Source of the DNA: Nanobdellota archaeon
GTDB taxonomy: Archaea > Nanobdellota > Nanobdellia > Woesearchaeales > SM23-78
Direction of reading: 5' to 3'
NCBI GenBank assembly: GCA_018819305.1
Contig: JAHJQO010000014.1
Coordinates: 34,832-98,831 of the forward strand
Length of the DNA: 64,000 bases
Position numbers and translations under genes: made by a program. Below, one piece after another: positions 10,783 to 21,143 of the stretch. The notes under the pieces were generated by a model. The model was not told the DNA's origin. It made no database searches and saw only the letters and a program-made list of their open reading frames with translations. Within the stretch, counting starts at the first letter, position 1. Each line of letters starts with the position of its first letter.

Positions 10783-11748
10783 CTAAGCTTTTTTCATTTT
10801 TCTTAAATAAGAATTTAATTTCTGCTTTATTCTCTCTTTGAAGTCAGCATCCAATTTCAGACTATCAACTTCTGCATTCCAGTTAACATCTGGAAGCATA
10901 GTAAGCGTGCCTTGAAACTTCCTGCCAGCTAATCTAGCTTGTTTTTCAATTTCTTTAGCTTTTTCAGAGCCAAATAATCTTATTGCAGGAAACTTGCTTA
11001 TGCTGTTAGCGCCTGCTTTCAGAAGCTCACTCACTCTACCAACACGGTCAATCCAAATACCAAACTGAATATCAATATCAGGAAACGCATCTCTAGTTTT
11101 TTTAATCCATTCTGCCTGATATTCTGAACTAGGCGGCTCTGTGTTTTCAAAAGATGTGCCTTTGTGAGGATTAAGACCATAGATATGAATCTTTTCCACT
11201 CCATAAGTTTCTATCATCTCTTTAAGCTTGTCAAAATCATCAATAGTTTCACCAAGACCAATAATAATTGTGATTGCTCTTTTTAATCCAATCTCTTTTG
11301 CATATTCAAACATTTCCAAGTAAGGCGCAATTGGCTTTGAAGGGCAGACTTTGTCATGGATTTCAGGATTGACTGTTTCTATTGAAGCAACAACTCCTTT
11401 TGCATAAGGTTTGAATAATTGAAGTTCTTCTTGAGAAAGAGCACCTATGTTAAGCCAAATTTTTTCACCGATAACAGCAAATAGGTCCTTGAGAACTTCC
11501 AAAAATTCTTCTGTTTTATAAGCACCAATTCCACCTGAAAAAAAACCAATTTGCCAGCCTAGTTTTTTACAAAGAATTGCTTCTGCTAAAATTGATTCTG
11601 TTGAGCGTCGAGGAAGTTGTTTATTTTGTTTTCCATCTTTCTTTCTCAGCTCTGGTTGTGTTGACATATAACAATAAGCACAGTCTTTTATCTTGCATCC
11701 CCAACTGAAAAATATTGCTCTTTCAAAACATGTTGTTTTAAGGTTCAT
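10783..11748 (-). CDS. Radical SAM protein (BioB/HcgA-like)
   Basis: CKIKDCAYC (Cx4Cx2C), SIET..PEIHDKVCPSK, IIIGLGET. Confidence 0.8.
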   Translation of the reverse strand: MNLKTTCFERAIFFSWGCKIKDCAYCYMSTQPELRKKDGKQNKQLPRRSTESILAEAILCKKLGWQIGFFSGGIGAYKTEEFLEVLKDLFAVIGEKIWLNIGALSQEELQLFKPYAKGVVASIETVNPEIHDKVCPSKPIAPYLEMFEYAKEIGLKRAITIIIGLGETIDDFDKLKEMIETYGVEKIHIYGLNPHKGTSFENTEPPSSEYQAEWIKKTRDAFPDIDIQFGIWIDRVGRVSELLKAGANSISKFPAIRLFGSEKAKEIEKQARLAGRKFQGTLTMLPDVNWNAEVDSLKLDADFKERIKQKLNSYLRKMKKA

Positions 11749-11839
11749 TTGCTACATCCTTCACTATATTATTCATTATAAAACAAGAAAAAAAGTTTAT
11801 TTAAAAAGTTTACAATTGTTAACAATTATTTACACAAAT

Positions 11840-13237
11840 TTACAAGATTTTGAGTAATTCATGCTCATCTGGCATAAGCATTGATTGCAGGTATTTTTTA
11901 TGAGTTTCTATTTCTTTTCTCTTGATTTTCACAAAATCAGTTAGAAAACGCTCTCCAATAACACTTTTTACAAGTTCACTCTTCTCAGCCAGATTCACAG
12001 CTTCTTCAAGGCTTCCTGGCAGGCTCTTGATGCCGAGCTCGTTTCGTCCTGTCTGGTTTAGTTCATAAACATTTAAATTGCTGGGCTTAGGTTTAGGAAG
12101 TTTTTCTTTTATTCCTTGCAGACCTGCTGCTATCATCATAGCACTTGCTAAATAAGGATTAGCTGCAGGGTCAGGGCTTCGAAGTTCCAATCGCATTGCT
12201 TTTTCACTGCCAGGCTCGTATTGAGGAATTCTTATAAGGTTTGACCTATTTTGCGGGTCCCAACAAATGTATACTGGTGCTTCATAGCCAGGAATCAGTC
12301 TTTTGTATGAATTTTCCCATTGATTGAGAAAAACAGTTATCTCAGGAACATATTTCATTAATCCTGCCATATACTGATATGCTATTTCTGACAAGCCAAA
12401 TTCAGCACTCCTGTCAAAAAACAAATTTTTGCCTTGCTTAAACAAAGATTGATGCATATGCATACCACTTCCATTTACACCTGGCAAAGGTTTTGGCATA
12501 AAACTGGCAAAGATTCCTTTGGCCTTGGCCACTTTTTTCACAACATACCTATAAAGCATCATAAAATCTGCCATGTCAACAGCATTATTATAATGCACAT
12601 CTATTTCGTGCTGGCCAGGAGCAGCTTCATGATGGTCATATTCAAATTTATAACCCATCTCACTCATCAGGAGCTGAACTTCTTTTCTAAGCCTACCTTT
12701 TCCTCCAAGTTTAAAATAAGTTCCACTGTCCAAAGGCACAGGTTGATTATTTTTTATAACTGGTTTTCCTAGCTCATCCATTTGAAACAAAAAAAACTCC
12801 ATCTCAGGACCAAGGTAAATAGTGTCTGCACCTGTTGTTTTTGTTGCATCTTTAAGAACATTTTTCAACTTGCTTCGGGAGTCATAAACATATTCTTTTC
12901 CATCTGTATCAACTACATCTCCAAAGACAATGACTTCTTTCCATTTTTTTTCAAATCCCGGCGTGTCTGTCTTGTATGTCACTGGGAAAATTCTTGCAGT
13001 GGTCGGATCAAATTTTGCAAGCTTGTCGCTTTCTTTAATTCTTTCAGGATATAGAGAGGACGCGTCAAAACCTTTTTCTAAGTTTCCTTTAGAAAGAGTT
13101 TCTTTAGGAACAGTAAAGCTGCATTCTCTTTCTCCAAGCATATCTGCTGTTATAAATCTAACAAACTCTACTTCTTTATTCGTTTCTAGCATTTGAAGAA
13201 ACTCAACTTCATTTTCAAAACCAAAATTCTCCGTCAT
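11840..13237 (-). CDS. glnA: Glutamine synthetase type I
   Basis: GFDASS, GPEMEFFLF, HHEAAPGQHEI, FMPKP..GVNGSGMHMHQSL, SYKRLIPGYEAP, LELRSPDPAANPY; GAGGTGG SD before ATG 13237. Confidence 0.92.
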   Translation of the reverse strand: MTENFGFENEVEFLQMLETNKEVEFVRFITADMLGERECSFTVPKETLSKGNLEKGFDASSLYPERIKESDKLAKFDPTTARIFPVTYKTDTPGFEKKWKEVIVFGDVVDTDGKEYVYDSRSKLKNVLKDATKTTGADTIYLGPEMEFFLFQMDELGKPVIKNNQPVPLDSGTYFKLGGKGRLRKEVQLLMSEMGYKFEYDHHEAAPGQHEIDVHYNNAVDMADFMMLYRYVVKKVAKAKGIFASFMPKPLPGVNGSGMHMHQSLFKQGKNLFFDRSAEFGLSEIAYQYMAGLMKYVPEITVFLNQWENSYKRLIPGYEAPVYICWDPQNRSNLIRIPQYEPGSEKAMRLELRSPDPAANPYLASAMMIAAGLQGIKEKLPKPKPSNLNVYELNQTGRNELGIKSLPGSLEEAVNLAEKSELVKSVIGERFLTDFVKIKRKEIETHKKYLQSMLMPDEHELLKIL

Positions 13238-13280
13238 AAAAACCACCTCTGCTTTTGTTGATTTTATGCTTTGATTGATT

Positions 13281-15134
13281 TTATTGTGTTTGCGGATGCA
13301 ATTCATGCCAAAGCTCAATAAAAGTAGCTGCACTCCATGCCTGGCTTAAACAGCCTTCACTCTTCATATGCTTTGCACTGCTAAGTTCTGCACAACAGCC
13401 AATAAAGCCTGAGAAAAGCATTTCTTCTTCACTGGCTTTAAGAATTCTCTTAATCTGTTTTGAATAATAATTACTGTCAAGCCTGTGCATTGCAATAGCA
13501 GCAAAATTATTTACATAATACCACGAATCACCATTATGATAACTTAAATCATCTGTACCTGTATATTCTGACTTAAACAAAGGACTCTTGTGCCCAATTG
13601 ACGACAAGCCGCCCCAGTCAAGCCATAAATCATTTAAAACAATATCAAATGCTTTTTTCCATTCTTTTTTTGAGAGCAGCTCTGGGTAAATATAATAAGC
13701 AAGAAACATATTGGGCCTTGGTGTCTCTTTTGGAAGCCTGCCATAAACATTATCGTAAAGCATGCCTGTCTGCGGATTAAAAAAGATTCTTCTCACATTT
13801 TCTTTTACATCTTTTTCCAGGATTTTAAAGAGCTGCTTTGACCTTGTAATTCCAGCAATATAATTATGCAGCTTAATCATTGCAAGAAACAATGCCTGAA
13901 CTTCAATGCCTGCTCCTCCTCTTTGAGCAGCAGCAGTGTCCATCCATGTTTCCTGTTCATTATTCATAATAAATCCTTCTTTAGCATGCCAATGTGCAAG
14001 TGCCTGTATTGTTTTTTCCAGGGTTCTCTTAATTGTTATTATTTCTGAAACAGACAAATATTCGTTAAGGAGTTTTTTTAAGACAAGAAAATCCATATAA
14101 TCTTTTAACCTTACAAACAGCCAGCCAATAGCATCAACACTTTTTACATCTCCCTTGTTAAGCGGCAGCCGGCTTGGAAGAAAGCCATCAGCAAAAATGT
14201 TATGCATATATTTGAAAAGAATGCTTTTTACAAGATAATATTTATGCTGGTGTAACAGAGCTTTTATGCTTATGAGTTCGTCCCGAGCCCAGAATTGATA
14301 AAACCAAGGAAGTCCTGCAAATATACCTACACTTCTTTCTTTTCTGTCAACACTCATTAGCAAATCATCAAGAGATTTTTTTGCAATGCTCAAAGGAAAG
14401 TCTTTATTTGAAAAAGAATGCGTTACATAACTCTTATACGAATTCAGCAAGTACTCTCGATTCTCAAATATTTTTTCAGCATGAACCTTGGCAGTTTCCT
14501 TGTCTTTTGCAAAAGAAAAAGCCAGATTAAGGTGCTTATTGACTTTAATGCTAAGTGCATTGTATATATAGAATTCTGATTTTGATTTTCTTCTTGCATC
14601 ATAAGTATATTGTTTTTTTATCCATTCATTAATAATATTAAAGTTTTTTGCACCTTTAATAGCCATAAACCTTGTCTTATCCAGCACAGACAAACTATCA
14701 TCTATATATTTTTCATATTTTATAATTATAAAATCATCTTCCTGCGTAATTGTGTATATTCTTCCTTTGTCATCAAAATCAAACATTGGCCTAAAATCCA
14801 GCTCCAGTTTGATTTTTCCATTATAATTTTTTATAGAATAAATCATTGAATCATTAAAAAGATTAAATTTCTCCTCAGCACCATCTCTATACTTTCTCTG
14901 AACATTGAACAAATTGTTCTGAATAACACTCATCTCCTGGTCAATTCTTATGTCTTCTATTGTTTTAAAGAGATTCCAGTCTTCACAATCAAAAAAAAAC
15001 AATCCTTGCGTATGAGAGAAATTTTCTTTACCAAGAGAAACATAATTTCCTTTTTTATTAGTTATAAAAAAGCCTGTTTCTCTGCTTGTGTGTTCATCAA
15101 CAACTTTTTGATTAAATGAATGTATTATATGCAA
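13281..15134 (-). CDS. Amylo-alpha-1,6-glucosidase (glycogen debranching enzyme family)
   Basis: AGLPWFYQFWARDELIS, ETWMDT, SYHNGDSW, QAWSAATFIE. Confidence 0.88.
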   Translation of the reverse strand: MHIIHSFNQKVVDEHTSRETGFFITNKKGNYVSLGKENFSHTQGLFFFDCEDWNLFKTIEDIRIDQEMSVIQNNLFNVQRKYRDGAEEKFNLFNDSMIYSIKNYNGKIKLELDFRPMFDFDDKGRIYTITQEDDFIIIKYEKYIDDSLSVLDKTRFMAIKGAKNFNIINEWIKKQYTYDARRKSKSEFYIYNALSIKVNKHLNLAFSFAKDKETAKVHAEKIFENREYLLNSYKSYVTHSFSNKDFPLSIAKKSLDDLLMSVDRKERSVGIFAGLPWFYQFWARDELISIKALLHQHKYYLVKSILFKYMHNIFADGFLPSRLPLNKGDVKSVDAIGWLFVRLKDYMDFLVLKKLLNEYLSVSEIITIKRTLEKTIQALAHWHAKEGFIMNNEQETWMDTAAAQRGGAGIEVQALFLAMIKLHNYIAGITRSKQLFKILEKDVKENVRRIFFNPQTGMLYDNVYGRLPKETPRPNMFLAYYIYPELLSKKEWKKAFDIVLNDLWLDWGGLSSIGHKSPLFKSEYTGTDDLSYHNGDSWYYVNNFAAIAMHRLDSNYYSKQIKRILKASEEEMLFSGFIGCCAELSSAKHMKSEGCLSQAWSAATFIELWHELHPQTQ

Positions 15135-15205
15135 AAACCATCAACCTCTTTTTTCTTGCTTAGTTTCTTTTTTTTCTTTTTGCCTGAATTATTTCTTAAT
15201 TATAA

Positions 15206-16207
15206 TTATTTTTTATATGGCTCGCCAACCACCACAGAATGGTCTCCGAGCATTAGTTCTTTGAATTTGCCTGTAAGCTGAACATCTTCTCCAATAATTG
15301 CTTTCTCGACAAAAGCATCTATTATTTTTGTTCTCTCATCAATAATAGAATCCTTGACAGTGCTATTATTTATCTCAACACCTTTTGCTATTGTCACATA
15401 TGGTCCAATCTCTGAATTTTTTATCTTAGCACCATCTGCGATGTGAACAGGAGGAATAATCTTGCTGTTTTCTGTTTTTATGGTCTTGTTCCTGCCTTTA
15501 TCCAAATAAATTCTATTGGTTTCAAGAAGAGTGGCTGGAACACCAAAATCATGCCAGCTACTAATCTCAGGGCATTTGAATTTTGCACCTTGTTTTATCA
15601 TATGGACCATTGCATCAACCACATAATATTCACCTTTAATTGTAATTTTATTATCATAAATATGTTTAATGCCTTCAAACAAAGCCTTGTAATCCTTAAT
15701 ATAATAAACACCTATGCTGCAAAGATCTGAAATAAATTCCTTGGGTTTCTCAACAAACTTAGTTAGGTAACCTTCTTTATTCAGGACACACACACCCATT
15801 CTATTCCAATCTTTTCTTGTCTGCACCCAAATAAGACCATCTTCATCATCTTTTAATTTATTCATCAAGCTAAGATTTGTGTCAAAGATAGCATCAGCAT
15901 AAACAAGAAAAATCGGCTCATCAACATAAGGTTCTGTCAGCTTAACAGCACCTGCAGTCCCATCTCTCACTTTTTGCTCTATAAATCTAAATTTAAAATC
16001 AGGATACTTCTTTATCACATATTCTTCAATCTGTTCTTTTAAATAGCCTGTTATAAATATTATTTCTGAAACATCATGTTCTTTAAGCTCATCTAAGATA
16101 TAATCCAAACCTGGTTTGCCAGCAACTAAAAGAAGCGCTTTATGCTTGGTGTATGTAAGAGGAAAAAGTCTTGTTCCTACACCTGCTATTGGTATTATTA
16201 CCTTCAT
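15206..16207 (-). CDS. Sugar-phosphate nucleotidyltransferase with C-terminal hexapeptide repeats
   Basis: IPIAGVGTRLFPLT, FVEKP, left-handed beta-helix tail; start ATG 16207. Confidence 0.88.
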   Translation of the reverse strand: MKVIIPIAGVGTRLFPLTYTKHKALLLVAGKPGLDYILDELKEHDVSEIIFITGYLKEQIEEYVIKKYPDFKFRFIEQKVRDGTAGAVKLTEPYVDEPIFLVYADAIFDTNLSLMNKLKDDEDGLIWVQTRKDWNRMGVCVLNKEGYLTKFVEKPKEFISDLCSIGVYYIKDYKALFEGIKHIYDNKITIKGEYYVVDAMVHMIKQGAKFKCPEISSWHDFGVPATLLETNRIYLDKGRNKTIKTENSKIIPPVHIADGAKIKNSEIGPYVTIAKGVEINNSTVKDSIIDERTKIIDAFVEKAIIGEDVQLTGKFKELMLGDHSVVVGEPYKK

Positions 16208-16339
16208 AATCCCACCATCCTTAACTATAAAATAATCAAATAAAGGATATTTATAAACATTATGGTATAATGCGGGTATATATTGCCACTTGGGAAAGAA
16301 GCACAAAGTTTTTATAAAGAAATCACAAAAATTAGATTT

Positions 16340-17416
16340 ATGCCTTCAATCATTGGACTGCCAGAGATGCTTAAAAATCTGAATAAGAAAAACAAAGATT
16401 TATTTAATCGGTTTTTCTCTGTCCAACGAAGCACAGGCCGCCTTGTTCTGCCAGAAAGCATGAAAAAATGGGCTGAAAATACTTTTGGACATCAAAACCA
16501 TGTGGAAGAGCAGGTCATTGTAAAGATTCTTGACAAATTAGTTTTTGAAGAAGCTCTTTATAATGAATTAAGAGCCAAAAGACCTATTCAAGCTAAAGAA
16601 AATGAGGATTTTGAAAAAATTATAAAGCAAAGCGCAGGAGGACCTTTTAGCAAGCCTTTGCAATTAACTCCTGAAGACATGTTTGGCAGAATCAAAGGCA
16701 AGCATTGCGTCACAGCAAGTAATGTTGCAAAATACGACGGCATGCATGGCCTGGTTGTATTTAAGAAGCATAATCCTCTTGATTTTAATCAAGAAGACCT
16801 TTATGATTACTTTGACACAGCTCTCAAATGGTTTGAAAAAGCCCATAAAACAAATGAAAAAGCTATTTATCCTTTTCTCTTATGGAACTGCTTGTGGCGC
16901 TCAGGAGCAAGCATTATCCACGGTCACATACAAATGGTGCTTGGAGAAGGTTTTCATTATGGTGATGTTGAAAAAGAAAACAAAGTGAGACTGGAATATC
17001 ACAAGAAGTATAAAAGTGATTATTTTAAGGATTTTTTTAGGATTCACAAACAAATTGGTCTTGGTTTTGAAGAAGAAGGACAGCAAATATTTATGAACAT
17101 TGTTCCAAGAGAAGACAAAGAAGTGACTATCATTGCAAAAAAACTTGACAGAAATTGCGTGCGTGCTATTTACAAGATCGCCAAATGCCTGACAGATGAT
17201 TTTGGAGTTGTCAGCTTTAATCTGGGTGTTGTTTTCCCTCCATTAAAAAAAATGCAGAACTGGAAAGACTTCCCTGTTATTGTCAGGATTGTTGACAGAG
17301 GCAAACTCAGCAGCAAAACAACAGACATTGGCGGCATGGAAATCTATGACATGGGTAATGTTATTTCTACTGACCCTTACAAAGTTTTTGAAAAGATAAA
17401 GAAAAGCTTTGCATAA
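16340..17416 (+). CDS. GalT/HIT-like nucleotidyltransferase
   Basis: WNCLWRSGASIIHGHIQ (GAS-x-x-H-x-H-x-Q GalT signature); start placed at ATG 16340. Confidence 0.75.
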   Translation: MPSIIGLPEMLKNLNKKNKDLFNRFFSVQRSTGRLVLPESMKKWAENTFGHQNHVEEQVIVKILDKLVFEEALYNELRAKRPIQAKENEDFEKIIKQSAGGPFSKPLQLTPEDMFGRIKGKHCVTASNVAKYDGMHGLVVFKKHNPLDFNQEDLYDYFDTALKWFEKAHKTNEKAIYPFLLWNCLWRSGASIIHGHIQMVLGEGFHYGDVEKENKVRLEYHKKYKSDYFKDFFRIHKQIGLGFEEEGQQIFMNIVPREDKEVTIIAKKLDRNCVRAIYKIAKCLTDDFGVVSFNLGVVFPPLKKMQNWKDFPVIVRIVDRGKLSSKTTDIGGMEIYDMGNVISTDPYKVFEKIKKSFA

Positions 17417-17421
17417 TAAGT

Positions 17422-18105
17422 TTATTTCTTCTTCGCGTTTACAAGAAGAAACTTACAACTAAAAGAATAATTAAGCCCTGTTGTCTGGACTTTATCATTT
17501 ATAACTCCTGATTCATATATTTTGAGCGCGTAGTTCTTTAAAATGTTTTTAAGGAAGGCTCTTGCTTCTTCTAATTCATAGTTAGGACTATTCTCTTTAA
17601 AATACAATGTCCCATCAGGTATTACTCATTTAATATCTGTAGCAAAATCAAATATAATCTCACTGCATGGTTTCAAAACACGATTTATCTCAGAAAGTAT
17701 CTTCTTCACGAACTCTTTAGGAAAAAGATGCAATACGCCTGTGCAAAAAACTCCGTCAAAAGATTCGTCTTCAAATGGGAAACGATTAATAATATTAAAT
17801 ACTTTGATTTCTAATTTAGATCTCTGTTTTTTAGAAGTATTATGCCATAATTTGCTCAAAGCACTTTTATCAATGTCAGAAGCTACAACAAAATCTGCTT
17901 TTTTTAAGAGAATATTATTGTAACGCCCATCGCCCGCAGCTAAGTTTAACCATTTCCCAGAAAAAGATTTCTTATTCAAGAAATCCAGAGTCAGCTTTTC
18001 TCCTTCACCCCATATAGATTCTTTGCCTGTTTTAAAATAATTTAATCCTTCTGTAAAAACACATTTTTTCTCATCTGATTTGAAAGGTTCTGTGATTTTT
18101 TCCAT
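17422..18105 (-). pseudogene. Class I SAM methyltransferase interrupted by one in-frame TGA (17626-17628)
   Basis: WLNLAAGDGR motif I; frame continues DFATDIK*VIPDGTLYFKENSP into the in-frame ORF 17422-17607. Confidence 0.7.
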
Positions 18106-18148
18106 ATCATTCAAAATAAAGCAGAAAGTATAAATATTTTTCTCATTA

Positions 18149-19927
18149 TTATTGTTTCTCCAAAGCAAGGTTATGCGCCACTATGTAGAATTTTACAAAA
18201 TGTTTCCAGTCTGCAAGGTTGGACAGGTATTTGGCATTTATTTTGTTCTGAACTCTTTCTGAATGGTCAAGCATTGCATATTTATACATTATATCTGCCA
18301 GGTCTTTGACTGATTGTTCGTCTGTCATGCCAAAGCGTTTGAGAACATAAATACCTGCTTGTTCTTTTAACAGTTTGTTTTGTATGAATCTACCAAAGCC
18401 TGCTAAGTCACTTGTTAATGATGCGATTCCCATTGCTGCTGATTCAAGAGGAGTATATCCCCATGATTCATAGTAAGAGGGAAATATTCCAAAATGGCAG
18501 CCTGCCATTGCATCATAAGCAGGCAGGTCAAGCAAACCGTCATTTCCTGAGAGATAAACAGGGTAAATAATTATTTTTACTTTATCATCTGACCTGTTGT
18601 CAAGACCCTCTAACAATAATCCTTGAACAATTGCATCAGACTCTGCATTTGCAATATTATGAGTGAGTATAGGCGGGTTTCCTTTTCTCTGAAAATTAAG
18701 TATATTGCTTCTAACTTCTTTCATAAAGTCTTTTTCAAAAAAGCTTTCATTCATCTGAAGTTTTCGGGAAATAAAATCATCAATTATTTGCTGAAGAATC
18801 TGGTTTGATTTTGTATCTACTAAACTTTTTATGTGCCTGTAATAATTTTTGTTTTCTAAAAGCTCTACTTTCACACCATATGTTTTCATGGGCACCCAGA
18901 AAAACACACTTACAGTACGCAGTGTATCTTCTTTTTTTAGTTTTTCATTAAGAATACCTAATGCTTTGATAAGTATGTCCATTCCTTTATTGTGAAATTC
19001 ATATCTGCTTGCAAAAAAGAACATAAGATTATGCTCTAAATCAAAGGTATGATATGGGAAGAAATAATATTTTAGGAATTCTCGAAGAATATTCTTGCAT
19101 GTTACGTGCTTTATTGAAGTCTCTTCAATTGTAGGATAGTTCTCAATATCAATTCCATTTAACACCAAAACATCTGCTTTTTTACCCAGTATGTGTTCTG
19201 CTTCAATGCTTGTTATTTCACTCACAGTTGTAAATGCATCTGCATTATGCGCGCATGCCATTTCCATTGTGTGCTTGGCAAGCATATTGTATTCTCTGGC
19301 TTTTTGAATCGAATCAAAATTTCCCAGTTGATGATATAAATCAAAACCAGAACCTGCAAGCGTTCTGCCCAACATAGTTGCGTGAGTTGTAAAAACTGTT
19401 TTAACTCTTGATTTCTGCCTTTTAAGATATAAAAGCCCTGAACCACTTAGCCATTCATGAAAATGAGCCACAATTTTCATCTTAGGAATATCCTGGCTTA
19501 TGCTTTCTAATAATAATCCTGTACACCATGACCAGACAACTGGCTCGTCAAAATCAGAAGGGGCAAAAAGCGAGTCAACTTGAAAAGATTCCCACATCTT
19601 TCCCTTAATATCATTTGTTTTATTATACATGCTTTGGAAATCAATAAGAATAACTTTAGGATCTCCTCGAATCTCCCAGGTTCCATAATGGCAAATAATC
19701 CCCTGGCTTTTTAATTCAAGGAACGCTCCTTTAAGAAAATCAGGAACTTCTTCTTTTCTTAATTCAACGTCTGCTTTTTCCTGAAAATAAGGCCCGATTA
19801 AGAAATAATTAGTATAATAATCAAGCATGTGAGGAGCTTTTGTCTTGATAACAGTATTTATCCCTCCTGTCTTATTGCACACTTCCCAGGATACTTCAAA
19901 AACATAATCTGCATTTGGTCTTATCAC
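18149..19927 (-). CDS. Glycogen synthase, GT3 (eukaryote/Bacteroidota type)
   Basis: FEVSWEVCNKTGGINTVIKTKA, HFHEWL, FTTHATMLGR, RYEFHNKG, GCHFGIFPSYYESWGYTPLES. Confidence 0.9.
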   Translation of the reverse strand: MIRPNADYVFEVSWEVCNKTGGINTVIKTKAPHMLDYYTNYFLIGPYFQEKADVELRKEEVPDFLKGAFLELKSQGIICHYGTWEIRGDPKVILIDFQSMYNKTNDIKGKMWESFQVDSLFAPSDFDEPVVWSWCTGLLLESISQDIPKMKIVAHFHEWLSGSGLLYLKRQKSRVKTVFTTHATMLGRTLAGSGFDLYHQLGNFDSIQKAREYNMLAKHTMEMACAHNADAFTTVSEITSIEAEHILGKKADVLVLNGIDIENYPTIEETSIKHVTCKNILREFLKYYFFPYHTFDLEHNLMFFFASRYEFHNKGMDILIKALGILNEKLKKEDTLRTVSVFFWVPMKTYGVKVELLENKNYYRHIKSLVDTKSNQILQQIIDDFISRKLQMNESFFEKDFMKEVRSNILNFQRKGNPPILTHNIANAESDAIVQGLLLEGLDNRSDDKVKIIIYPVYLSGNDGLLDLPAYDAMAGCHFGIFPSYYESWGYTPLESAAMGIASLTSDLAGFGRFIQNKLLKEQAGIYVLKRFGMTDEQSVKDLADIMYKYAMLDHSERVQNKINAKYLSNLADWKHFVKFYIVAHNLALEKQ

Positions 19928-20002
19928 TCTGCTTACCTCACATCTTTTTTTATCTCAATCTCTTCTTTTTCAGTTTATCTTAAAGTTAAATCATCTTAAA
20001 AG

Positions 20003-20650
20003 TTAAATCGCACCAATTGAATTATATATGATGCCCAGCAATATGAAGCCAAAAATCAACCCTAAAACAAAACCATAAATGAATTCCTTTACAATAAACT
20101 TATGATGTTCATGTTTATGGATTTCATGTTCATGATGCCTTAAATCGCTTAATTTCGGTTCATGCTCAGACTTGTGTTCTTTTTCACGCAGAACTTCTTT
20201 TGCTTCACCAACCATATCTTTTAATTCCTGCTCTGTTAGTATTTTTTCTTCATGCTTAGGATACTCAAAAATCTTAATCTCGTCAGGCATGATAACTTTT
20301 TGATTTTCTTCCGTAGGTTTATGTTCCTGATTTTTATGCTCAGCAAGGATGTGTTCCTTATGAAGTTCATGATGTTTCTGCTCGTAGTGCTGATGCACTA
20401 AGTCCTTATTCTTTAGAAATTCTTCTAAAATAATAATCAAGCCTTCTCTTTCAGAAACTTCTCTCATGCTTTGCGCAAGAACTGACTCTCCAAACACCCC
20501 TTCAATCCAGTTTGCAAAATCATTTCTGTTGATGTTTACATGATGTCCAAATGTTGATTCATCCATGTGTGAAAGTTCATTTTTTAATTCTTCAATGCTT
20601 TTTATGCTTCCTCCTCCTTCAAAGAAGAACCATTTATCTTGACTAATCAT
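20003..20650 (-). CDS. DUF5752-like domain with His-rich linker and C-terminal TM helix
   Basis: FFFEGG..IKSIEEL...TFGHHVNINRNDFANWIEGVF; HHEHEIHKHEHH; FIYGFVLGLIFGFILLGII. Confidence 0.75.
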   Translation of the reverse strand: MISQDKWFFFEGGGSIKSIEELKNELSHMDESTFGHHVNINRNDFANWIEGVFGESVLAQSMREVSEREGLIIILEEFLKNKDLVHQHYEQKHHELHKEHILAEHKNQEHKPTEENQKVIMPDEIKIFEYPKHEEKILTEQELKDMVGEAKEVLREKEHKSEHEPKLSDLRHHEHEIHKHEHHKFIVKEFIYGFVLGLIFGFILLGIIYNSIGAI

Positions 20651-20718
20651 ACTTGACCACCTCTTTTTTCAGTTTTGATTTGAATTAATTTGAAAATTTA
20701 AATTTTGAAAACAAAAAA

Positions 20719-21102
20719 TTACCACAACTTGTGTGTTATGTGCTTGTAAATCACAAGCTGCATGTGCTTCTTCTCCTTTGCTCCTGCAAGTTTTTGTGCC
20801 AGTTCCATATCCTTAAAAATGTCTTCTATCCAATTTGCAAAGTCATTTTTGTCAGATGTTACATGATGGTCAAACACATGTTCCTCAATCTCATCCATCA
20901 CATCTGCCAGTTCTTTGACATTTTTCACAGGCTGGCCATTGCACAGAACAAAGTAATTCATTTCTGGCGCATCTTTGCAAATATCTGGTTTTTTCTGTAT
21001 TGTCGTCTTTGTGTCAGTTGTCTGTGTTGTTGGTTTCTTTTTGCCAGTTGTTTTCTTTTTAGGAGGTCGTCCTCTTTTTCTTTTCTTTGTTGTTGTAGGC
21101 AT
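20719..21102 (-). CDS. DUF5752-like domain with basic N-terminal tail
   Basis: KKRKRGRPPKKK tail; YFVLCNGQPVKNVKEL...FDHHVTSDKNDFANWIEDIF. Confidence 0.78.
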   Translation of the reverse strand: MPTTTKKRKRGRPPKKKTTGKKKPTTQTTDTKTTIQKKPDICKDAPEMNYFVLCNGQPVKNVKELADVMDEIEEHVFDHHVTSDKNDFANWIEDIFKDMELAQKLAGAKEKKHMQLVIYKHITHKLW

Positions 21103-21143
21103 ACTCTTTTACCTCATCTCAATTTTTTCAATTTTTTAATAAA

